Shown: positions 11,963-21,625 of the stretch, piece by piece
Layout of the letters: the number at the start of each line of letters is the position of its first letter
Position numbering within the stretch: position 1 is the first letter of the stretch
Assembly: GCA_038087875.1 (NCBI GenBank)
Contig: CM075991.1
Span: 7,318,001-7,382,000 of the forward strand
DNA length: 64,000 nucleotides
Reading direction: 5' to 3'
Source: Malacoraja senta
Taxonomy: Eukaryota
Position numbers and translations under genes: made by a program
Notes under the pieces: model-generated
Database searches by the model: none
What the model saw: only the letters and a program-made list of their open reading frames with translations
Told to the model about the DNA's origin: nothing

Positions 11963-12578
11963 AGGGCCTGTCCCACTTGGATGACCTAATCCACAAGTTT
12001 AGAAGACCCTACACGAGTTGAAAAAAATGTCAAGGTCGTGTTGACTCGCCAAAGTAAAAGACCTCCTACGACCACCTATAACTATGTCTACGACCTCCTA
12101 CGACTATTTCTACGACCTCCTACGACTATGTCTATGACCTCCTACGACCCCCCTCGACCTCAGTCTTCCACACCTAAGATCAACCACGACTGGCTACGAG
12201 TGGAAAATTATCACATGATAAAATGATGTCATGTTTGTATTGTTTTCTCGGGCCAGTTACCGACCTACGACTACCCACGACTATCTACGACTTCTTGCGA
12301 CTACCTACGACTACCTACGGCCTACATACGACCTACCTACGAGTAAAAAGTATCAATTTTTTCAATGCCAACCTTTTTTTAACTTGTGGACATTTTTTTA
12401 TCAGGCTGGAAAAAACGCCGCGACCTACTTGAGGCCACGAGTACGCGGAGACCACTCACGAGCATGAGGAAGAGTTACGAAGACCTCTTACGACCTCGTG
12501 GCGACCATGCTGCGAGTATGAGTCAAGGGCAAACTCGGCAGAGGTCGCCAATTAGGTCGTGAAAGTGGGACAGGGGCT
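11963..12578. mobile_element. PIF/Harbinger-type MITE (#1)
   Basis: TIRs AGGGCCTGTCCCACTT / AAGTGGGACAGGGGCT, TTA on both sides, internal CTACGAC arrays. Confidence 0.85.
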
Positions 12579-12581
12579 TTA

Positions 12582-12865
12582 GTTTAGTTTGGTTTAGTTT
12601 AGAAATACAGTGTGGAAACAGACCCGTTGATCCACTGTCCACGACCACCAGCAATCACATGTACACTAGTTCAATCCTACACACTGGGGCCGATTAACTT
12701 ACAAACCTGCCCGTCTTTGGAATGTGGGAGGAAACCAGAGCGCCTAGAGAAAACCCACGCGGTCACGCGTACAAACTCCGGACTGACAGCACCCGTAGTC
12801 AGGGTCGAACCCGGGCCTCTGGTGCTGTAAGGCAACAACCCTACCGCTGCGCCACTGTGCCGCCC
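12582..12865 (-). mobile_element. HE1-like V-SINE
   Basis: (TTTAG)n tail, V-domain and tRNA-like head on minus strand. Confidence 0.85.
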
Positions 12866-13089
12866 TCTTCAACAAATCTGATACTTTGGATTTATTTAGC
12901 TGATCGTCTCCCACTAGGAAGTTACCCGTAATTTGTTTAATTCTGACTGGCTCTTCCTTATGACAGAAGCTGCAAGTCCAGGGAGAACATACAAACTACG
13001 TACAGACAGCATCTGTAGTTAGGATCGTACACGGGTGTCAGGCATTGTAATGTGGAAACTCTACCGCTGTGCCACTCTATCTACCAGAC

Positions 13090-13430
13090 TCTTGTTGCTG
13101 TTGTGATATTTCTTCCTATCCCCTCCACTCTCATGTCTTCCTTTCCCCTCCAGCTCTCCAGCTCTCCTGCCCTAAAAATCCTCTAACCCTGGCATCTTGT
13201 TCAGCAGCTCTCTCTCAATCATCTCAACATTGTGGTGCCAGTGCCTTTAGTTGACCAAGCCTAGGGTTTTAAAATTCTCTCCCAGCGCATTTCTCCCTAT
13301 CCTACTCTTTTAAAACTTACATCTGTAAGAAAACCTTTGGCCACCTTTCTTCAACGTCTACTCACATGTTTGTTAACAACTTTGTGAGTAGCCTTCAGGC
13401 ATTTTACTGCAATGATTGTTACATGAAACA
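13090..13430 (+). mobile_element. Old L2 LINE 3' end
   Basis: Degenerate GTGCCTTTAG..AATTCTCTCCC..TTAAAACTTAC..TTTGG..GTGAGTAGCCTTCAGGCATTTTACT pattern resembling L2 termini. Confidence 0.45.
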
Positions 13431-14152
13431 GGGACATTCCCCTGAATTTTTGGGCACATTTTTGGGCACATTTTTAATCCTCAGCTGGCATAGCCAGAAA
13501 TTACATATTATATGGGCTAATGCCTTTTTTTTTTTTTTAATGTTTCTGAGACTTTTTCAATGAATAAAATCAAACATTTGGCTGAAATCACAGAAATTCG
13601 GAAGCAAAACCCATGCCTTTTTTACACTGGACTTGATCTGTTCTTGACTTTGGTCTCTCACAAGGCGTTTGCGCTTGTGCTCACCCTTTGCTTTTGTTGT
13701 CCTGTGGCCATTCAATGAGCGAAAGATGTCTGCAACAGGCAACAGGGCTGTAGATGGTACAAGCTAAGACCCTGCCCACAAATTACCCCATGAAACAACT
13801 GGCGAGAGGCACAGTCAATGAACACAAAAGTAATAAAAAATATTAAAACCAGCTTCAACATAGAAATTAATTTAAAACTTTTATATATTACAAAAAGTAA
13901 AACATAAAGTCTTGGCATCATCTACCTTTTCAGTGAAAATCAACAACACCGTTTAAATGAATGGTGTTTTTAAAAAAAGCTGAGAGGCCAGATGTAAAGA
14001 AAGCCCATAGACTCGCTGATGAGTGTAAGAGCAGAATAAAAGGTCAGATGTGCCAAATCAGACCCCTGGTGCATTCTGTGCTTTCACAGTGCATTGCATA
14101 GAGTTGGGAGGTGTGGAAGACACTGTAGCTAGCCAGCAATCCTCTCTCTGTG

Positions 14153-14469
14153 GATAGACACAAAATGCTGGAGTAACTCAGCGGGACAGGCAGCATCTCT
14201 GGAGAGAATGAATGGGTGACGTTTCGGGTCAAGACCCTTCTTCAGACTCCAGATCCACGCCCTCAACAAACGCACTTGCTCTGACTCTCCTGCAGCTCCG
14301 GGCCTCATTCATCCAGACATGCAATGGACCCCAACTGTACTTCATTCGACACCAGATCGACGCCCTCAACAAACGCACTTCTCTCCAGAGATGCTGCCTG
14401 TCCCGCTGAGTTACTCCAGCTTTAGTGTCTGTCTTCGGTTTAAACTAGCATCTGCAGTTCCTTCTCACA
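14153..14469. mobile_element. Palindromic mini-PLE insertion with internal coding-like filler
   Basis: Inverted arms; perfect 16-bp direct repeat CAATCCTCTCTCTGTG (14137-14152 / 14470-14485). Confidence 0.8.
14216..14247 (-). ncRNA. Minimal hammerhead ribozyme motif
   Basis: GU CUGAAGA A GGGU CUUG ACCC GAAAC GUC AC. Confidence 0.65.
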
Positions 14470-15149
14470 CAATCCTCTCTCTGTGATCTGTATGGAGCCA
14501 GTTAGAAAGAATTTTCTACACAAGACCTCGTCTTTGTTCCTTTAACGAAATGAAGGAAGTTATATTAAAAAAAATACAATTAAAGTCAAAGGAGCAAAGG
14601 AGAAAATCTGTGACCCCAGAACATGGTATTAATTTGAACCTTTCATCTAACATTACTGGATTCAATATTTTAGTGTAGGTGATGCACCAGAACTGAGGGA
14701 AATGCTGACAGTAAATCAATACTAACACACACAGCTACTCTTTGCAAGTTTTAGCTTATATTTATTTCTACGGTCATCAATCTCTGGTAACAACAATTTA
14801 ATTTATTGGTTTATTAGTAGACAGGCAATTACAAAAAAAACTCCTCTTGAAGTTTCGATGCAAGCATGGTGGTTGTGTTTGTTCTGTCATGCTTCTATTG
14901 CTATTAGTTTGTATTGTCATGTATACAGTGATACACTGAAGTTCTGCATGCTACCCAACCATATCATACTATACATGATGGAACCTGGTTAAGAAACGGA
15001 GTGCAGAATATTCTGCAACAGCTGCAGTGAAAGTGCAGATTAATAAAGTGCAAGTCATAGTAAGATAGATTGGAGGATTAGGAAGTCATTCTTAGGGAAT
15101 GAGAAATCCATTCAAAAGTCTGATAACAAAGTCGATGGAAGAAGATGTA

Positions 15150-15380
15150 TAGAATCATAGAGTGATACAGTGTGGAAACAGGCCTTTCGGCCCAACTTAC
15201 CCACATCGGCCAACATGTCCCAGCTACACTAGTCTCACCTGCCTGCACTTGGTCCATATCCCTCCAAACCTGTCCTATCCATGTGCCTGTCTAACTGTTT
15301 CTTAAATGTTGGGATAGTCCCAGCCTCAACTACCTCCTCTGGCAGCTCGTTCCATACACCCACCACCCTTTGTGTGGAAA
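15150..15380 (-). mobile_element. CR1/HER1-like 3' fragment
   Basis: Reverse complement of the 54240-54625 type tail. Confidence 0.8.
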
Positions 15381-16216
15381 CCCTTTGTGTCAAGAACCCT
15401 TTGTGTTCTTGAATTTGGTGATACGTTCTTTCAAGCTATATCTCCTGCCCCACAGGAGGGGGTGGAGAGAACGATGAGGGTAAGAGTGGTCCTCGATTTT
15501 GTGGGTTGCTTCCCTGCGGGAGCATGGAGTCACTGGGGAGAGGCTGGCTCATTCACAGCTGTGCAATTTTATGCTGTCTTGGGCAGAGCAGTTACCATGC
15601 CAAGCCATGAATGCTCGGGTTAGGATGCCTTGTATGTTGTATGTGTAGACACTGGTACGAGTCATGGGAGACAAGTTGAATTTCCTTCTCCTTCTGGGGA
15701 AGTAGAGGTGTTGGTGTGGTTTTTGACCTCAAATTAACCAAGACATTAGTGGGACTTGCAGAATCAAACGAAAAATGATGCAACGCCATCTTGATTTCAT
15801 TGCTGCTTTGGTAAAAGTAAAGTATACCCAGAAGGGTTTACGCATAATTAGTTCTCGTAGTGCAGCAGTCAGAAGCCCTTGTGGTTTAATGTAGCCTTTA
15901 GCTATGTAGCACAGAGCACTTGATGCAAGGCAGTTTGGACAGGTAGAACAGATCAATGAGCAGCTCCCAGCTGGTTAGAATGAACATGGAATATTTTCAT
16001 ACAGTATTACAGACACACCAGACTAACAATAAGGGAGAGGAACTACACGGTTGACTCCAGCATTTCAGATTAGTTTGTAGACATCTGAAGAAGTGAAGCT
16101 TTTGAGTACATAGGGATGCTATTGAAGAACAATAATGAAAAGGGACAGTGTGCCAGAGGTTCCTGGTCTTTGAGACAATACCAATGCAATTTAGTTCAGG
16201 AGATCCATTCAACATT

Positions 16217-16515
16217 GGGTCGGCATGGTGGCGCAGCGGTGGAGTAGCTGCCTTACAGCGCCGGACACCTGGGGTTGATCCTGACTACGGGTGCTGTCTG
16301 TACAAAGTTTGTACGTTCTCCCCGTGACCGCATGAGTTTTCTCCGTGATCTTCGGTTTCTTCAAAGACGTACAGGTTTGTAGGTTAATTGGCTTGGTGTA
16401 AGTGTAAAATTGTCCCTAGTGTGTGTAGGGTAGCATTAATGTGCGGGGATCGCCGGTCGGTGCGTACTCGGTGGGCCGAAGGGCCTGTTTCCGCTCTGTA
16501 TCTCTCAACTAAACT
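16217..16515 (+). mobile_element. HE1-like V-SINE, full length
   Basis: GGTGGCGCAGCGGT A-box-like head, V-domain, GGGCCGAAGGGCCTGTTTCC tail. Confidence 0.85.
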
Positions 16516-17309
16516 GCATGACCGATTGAATCGCCCATTGTTAAGGTTGAAAGGAAAAGCGCATTAAACAGAATAAATTCATAATGTTAAAAGTTATGCC
16601 ATCCAAATGCAAGGTGCCATTTGAGGAAACTGAATGCAAAATATTTCCTATTCATCGTGGTCCACCCCCCAAGTTGATGTTCTTCCCACCTATCGCGAGT
16701 GTGTTGACTGTAATTAACACTGACAACCCTCCAGAAAGGACTGAGACATCAAGCCTACTCCCGCCACAATGTAGCGTTCAAGCGAAAGAGAATCAGATTG
16801 GCAACGGTAGACTTGGATCTGCAATTAGAAATTAACTCATGCACAAATGATATAAGATTACTGGGAAGATCTTGATGGGAAAGAGTTGCCTTAAGCATAT
16901 GGTATTCTGATCATCTATTAAAAATGAATTACAATTTCTTTCACTGATCCTCATTAGCTATGGTTCCACAGATTTGTGGCATACACACCTCTCCATGATC
17001 TGTCCTTTTTCAATCAAGTACATTTACTTATTTTATTTAATCTGATGAATTTTTTAGTGTACCAAGATGGCTTAGTTGTTCTTAAATTCTCATATTTCTT
17101 CTTGACGTAGTAAGAGGCCAAATGGCCCATCAAGTCTATGCCAGTTCATGGAGCAATCCTATCAATACTATCCCCTCATTTATTTATTTGTGGCCCACCT
17201 TCTCACATATGCCCATTGACACCCCTCTGATTCTTTTGCCACCCACCAACATCATGGGGTAATTTACAGTTGGCAATTAACCTACCACCCTTCATGTTTT
17301 GGGGATAAG

Positions 17310-17710
17310 TTCATAGATTCTAGGAGCAGAATTAGGCCATTCGGCCCATCAAGTCAACTCCGCCATTCAATCATTGCTGATCTATCTCTCCCCCGTAACC
17401 CCATTCTCCTGCCTTCTCCCCATATCCCCTGACACCCGTACTAATCAAACGATTTATGTCTGCCTTAAAAATATCCATTGACTTGGCCTCCACGGCCTTC
17501 TATGGCCTTCTAAGTTTACCGAAGAAATTCCACCTCATCTCCTTCCTAAAGGAAAGTCCTTATTCTGAGGATGTGACCTTTAGTCCTACACTCTCCCACT
17601 AGTGGAAACATCCTCTCCATATTCTCCCTATCCAAGCCTTTCACTATTCGGTACGTTTCAATGAAGTCCAGCAAATACAGGCCCAGTGTCGTCAAACGCT
17701 CATCATATGC
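17310..17710 (-). mobile_element. CR1 3' fragment
   Basis: Reverse complement of the CR1 subfamily seen at 48575-49025. Confidence 0.75.
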
Positions 17711-17828
17711 GGCAAAACTGCTCTCATCGAGGTTGATCTTTGCACGACTTAAGCTGAACTTCTTCTTTGTTTATCATATTGTTTACAGAGCACTTTGTGT
17801 ATAGATTCTGCGGCACTGCTGCAAGTAA

Positions 17829-18157
17829 AGGCCCTGTCCCACTTTCCCGAGTTACTCACGAACTCTCCCCAGTTTTTCCCTTGATTCGAACTCGGGGAAT
17901 GTCGGGGAATGTCGGTAGCGAGCTCGTAGGAGCCCGTAGGTGTCCGTAGATGTTTCGTAGTGGCTCGTAATGCCAGCCGTAGGAACTCGGGGCATCAGGT
18001 AAGTCGGGACGTTTTTTCAACATGTTGAAAAATGTCCACGAGTTAAAAAAATAGCCCCGAGTACCTATGAATGGCTATTACTGTAATTCTCTGAGTTCGA
18101 ACCAAGGGGAAAACTCGGGACAGTTCGTGAGTAACTCAGGAAAGTGGGACAGGGCCT
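17829..18157. mobile_element. PIF/Harbinger-type MITE (#2)
   Basis: TIRs AGGCCCTGTCCCACTTTCC..; TAA duplicated; removal restores GCTGCAAG-TAA-GAATTTCATTG of a Rex1-type tail. Confidence 0.9.
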
Positions 18158-18209
18158 TAAGAATTTCATTGCTCTGTTTGGAACATATGACAATGACTCT
18201 TGACTCTTG

Positions 18210-18450
18210 ACACAAGGTCCTCTCTCAGGCAGATGTGAGAGATGTCATTCAAACTATTTTCAAGAGCAGGAGATCAAATTTTCAGGTGTTCTCTCCAATT
18301 CAAAGAGAGTTTTCTTTGTAGAAATTAGTTGCCAAGTTTACACCATTACAGTGGTGACTATACATCAAGAAGTTTTTCATTAACTGCTAAGTGCTTTGAG
18401 ACAACCTCGAGACACTGAAAGGCACTGTGGAAATACAAGTCTTTCTTTAA
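18210..18450 (+). mobile_element. Deu-SINE (SacSINE1-like) remnant
   Basis: CTCTCAGGCAGATGT..ACTATTTTCAAGAGCAGG..CATTACA..GTGACTATACATCAAGAAG..GTGCTTTGAGAC..TGAAAGGCACT..AAATACAAGTCTTTC. Confidence 0.6.
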
Positions 18451-19090
18451 CGCTATAGAAATAGGGCAAAGAAAAATAATGGGTTTTTGCTGAGGTATTG
18501 AATAAAAAATAGAAACAAAAACAATATCACATTAATCAACATGATGCTAGTGGGCAGCTATTTTTCCCTAATGTCAATGCTTGGAAAGGAAACGTAGTTT
18601 GCTAATCGGTACAGAGTGTTCTGCAGGACTTACCAGCTTGGAATAAGGTAAGGGATTCTGGCTGACCTTATTCCAGCCCTCTCCAGCCATCTGAGTCCAA
18701 CGGAGCATGGTGTAAACCAGCATCTGAGTTACTCCAGCATTATGTGCGTATCTTCGGAGCAAGGGGAAGGTTTACCCTTTGACCATGCAAAGTGTAACGG
18801 AGACACGAGGAGTTCTCTAATGTTTAATGCAATAAGCTGGAGTTCGATGAAGATTATAGTGTACGAGTCAGAAGAAGTTTGGATGTACCTTATTGTTTTT
18901 CATCAACAATAAAGGATTTATTAATCAAAGGACTGTGTTTTAAAGATTTATCGGTGAAGATGCTCTGAAGGTCCCTGACGGAGAGCTTGCATGCGTACAA
19001 AGACATTTCCCTTAACCATGTAGTCCATTTAGTGGCTAGAGGGGGTAATCTCTTGAACGAAATAAAAAATCTGCCACTACAACATTATCG

Positions 19091-19488
19091 GTGTTTAAGA
19101 AAGAACTGCAGATGCTGGAAAAATCGAAGGTAGACAAAAATGCTGGAGAAACTCAGCGGGCGAGGCAACATCTATGGAGCGAAGGAATAGGTGACGTTTC
19201 GGGTCGAGACCCTTCTTCAGTGAATCAGTGAATATTCATATATTCATATCCTCACCTGGCCAGCACTGGCTACTCATTTCCTGGTTGAAAGATATGGCAT
19301 TGAAACAGCCCCTTTGGCCCACAGCTCTCCCTCAGCCCTCTGGCTCCTCCTTTTCCTTTCTTCTTCCCACACCCCCCCCCCCACCCTACATCAGTCTGAA
19401 GAAGGGTTTCGGCCCAATACGTTGCCTATTTCCTTCACTCCATAGATGCTGCCGCACCCGCTGAGTTTCTCCAGCACTTTTGTCTACC
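19091..19488. mobile_element. Inverted PLE terminal-repeat pair with intervening filler
   Basis: Minus copy 19091-19220 ends in an intact hammerhead motif; plus copy 19325-19488 has GAAA>AATA. Confidence 0.7.
19191..19220 (-). ncRNA. Minimal hammerhead ribozyme motif
   Basis: CUGAAGA A GGGU CUCG ACCC GAAAC GUC AC. Confidence 0.65.
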
Positions 19489-19664
19489 TACAATAATGAG
19501 CCCATTGGGTTTTTACAACAATATCAGTGTTTTCCCGATCACCATTATTTACATTGAATTTTGATTCAGGTGATGCAATATGGACTCTAGACTGTGGATT
19601 AGTGGTGCAGGCCTCGAAATGTTAATCCGGTGATGTGCAACATACTAGCTGCTCTATTTTTTAC

Positions 19665-20085
19665 AAAAGACACAACTCAGCATCTCTGGATAAGTGATGT
19701 TTTGGGTTGAGACCCTTCTTCAGATTGATTGTAGAGGGGGTTGGGGTAGGGGGGTGGGAGGGAAGAAAGCCTGAAAGAAGTGGCAGGACAAAGCCTGGCA
19801 GGTAATACGTAGATACAGTAAGGGGGGGGGGGGGGGGGCTATGGATAGGCAGGTGTTTGGACAAATGCCAGAGATGAGGACAGAAGGTGTGAGACAAAAT
19901 GATTGAAGAGTTGTGAATTGTGAAGCTGGTGGAAGGAATGTTGGTGGAAGGGAAGGGGAGGAGATGGGTGCGAGTCTAGGTGGGGCACAGAGGTGGGAGA
20001 AGAAGGGAGAGGGAGAGAATTTTGTAGTTACCTAAGTTTGGAGAATTCTATGTTCATATTGTTGGGTTGTAATCCACCCAAAAAG
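19665..20085 (-). mobile_element. PLE 3' UTR/terminal-repeat fragment
   Basis: Same ORF-end (..MNIEFSKL) and purine-rich UTR as 2727-3110 and 45570-46630. Confidence 0.6.
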
Positions 20086-20433
20086 AATGCTCATGTATTC
20101 TAGTTAACACTGTGTACCATTATGTTTTGAATGTTACCTACAGTCTCAGCAGAGGTGACAAAGATTTCACTTTGTACAATGCACTTGCCTCCGCTGGGAC
20201 GAGGTGGCATTAGCAGGACATTCTGATGGAGATCCAGTCACTGGCAGTGGACCAGCATAGGATAGTTGTGGCTCTGTTGCACTTCCAATGTGTTCAAGAA
20301 CAACTTTGGAATGAGATGCATTTCTGCAGACAGGAAGGGAAAAAAACACATCCAGATGAGAACTAAGGGAAAACCGAAGATAGACACAAAATGCTGGAGT
20401 AACTCAGGCAGCATCTGTGGATAGAAGGAATGG

Positions 20434-20465
20434 GTGACGTTTCGGGTCGAGACCCTTCTTCAGAC
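20434..20465 (-). ncRNA. Minimal hammerhead ribozyme motif (consensus copy) in PLE repeat 20372-20465
   Basis: GU CUGAAGA A GGGU CUCG ACCC GAAAC GUC AC, with all catalytic-core nucleotides present. Confidence 0.7.
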
Positions 20466-20827
20466 CAAGCAGCTTGAAGTTACTAAAAGTTAAAAAATAG
20501 AATGAATTATGTAACCTCCAATCAAACATTTACCTCTTCTTGGTTTGTTATTCTTATGGTATTGACTTTCTGATGCTGACTGAGCGAGAGAATTGTGCTT
20601 TCACTTGTCAGCTGATAACACTCCAGGAACGTTTAAGTTTAATCATGATTCAGGTCAATAACATTGTTAAATCCCTGTTGCATTTGGATCGACTATAAAG
20701 AATAAGCAGAGTGAGTGGATTTACAGTACAAAGCTGTGGTAGCTTCTGCGATACTTGTGACTTGAGGGGAAATTTGGTTTGGTTGTTTGTCTGCATGATA
20801 TTGCAATGTGAACAGAGAGCTCCAAGT

Positions 20828-21616
20828 GGGACAGCACGGTGGCGCAGCGGTAGAGTTGCTGCCTCACAGCGACAGAGACCCGGGTTCAATCCTGACCACG
20901 GGTGCTGTCTGCACAGAGTTTGTACGTTCTCCCTGTGACCTGCGTGGTTTTTCTCCGGGATCTCCGGTTTCCTCCCACACTCCCAAAGACGTACAGGTTT
21001 CTATGTTAATTGGCTTGGAATAATTGAAAATTGTCCCTAGTGTGTGTAGGATAATGTTATGGGCCTGTCCCACTTAGGCTATTTTTAGGCGACTGCCAGC
21101 GACTGTCATAGTCGTAGCAGGTCGCCGAAAAACCAGCGACTGAACCCCCCTTCGACATAAAATTTGTAATAGAATCATACTTAAACAACAACAAAAAAAT
21201 GAAGTCAGCACCGGCGACAACCTACGTCATCCTGGTGACAACCTACGTCATCCTGGTCACAAGCTACGACAGCATCTACGTCAGGAGAAGTCAAGCTACG
21301 CTCATTGGCGTCAAGCCAACTGTCGCCGACTGTCGCCGAAAAGTTTGAACATTTCAAAATCCAGCAGCGACTAGAAAAACGCTCCGATTCTTTGGGCGAC
21401 TGAGGTCACTACTCACGACCATACAGGCGACCATACTGGCGACCACACAGGCGACCCCAGCGACCATGTGGCGACAGCCTAGTCGCCTGTAGTCACCTAA
21501 AAATTTGCCTGTGGGACAGGGGCATTAATGTTTGGGGATCACTGGTCAGCGTGGACTTGGTGGGCTGAAGGGTCTGTTTCCATGCTGTATCTCTACACTA
21601 AGCTAATCTAACCTAA
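20828..21616 (+). mobile_element. HE1-like V-SINE interrupted by MITE #3
   Basis: SINE sequence resumes after the duplicated TTA. Confidence 0.85.
21060..21524. mobile_element. PIF/Harbinger-type MITE (#3)
   Basis: TGGGCCTGTCCCAC.. / ..GTGGGACAGGGGCA TIRs; TTA at 21057-21059 and 21525-21527. Confidence 0.9.
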
Positions 21617-21625
21617 AATGTGCTG

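Noticed and set aside
12060..12345. Short-repeat arrays (also 49520-49780 and 56850-57110) superficially like CRISPR or low-complexity coding repeats
   Set aside because: No constant repeat/unique spacer structure, no cas genes, eukaryotic context; they lie inside TIR-bounded MITEs.
16217..16290. tRNA-like sequences with A/B boxes (many copies)
   Set aside because: They are V-SINE heads continuing into the V-domain and LINE tail, without a complete cloverleaf.
18639..18675. 11-bp hairpin TGGAATAAGGT / ACCTTATTCCA overlapping a GTAAG donor-like site
   Set aside because: Too short for a pre-miRNA and plausible by chance in 64 kb; upstream acceptor is weak.
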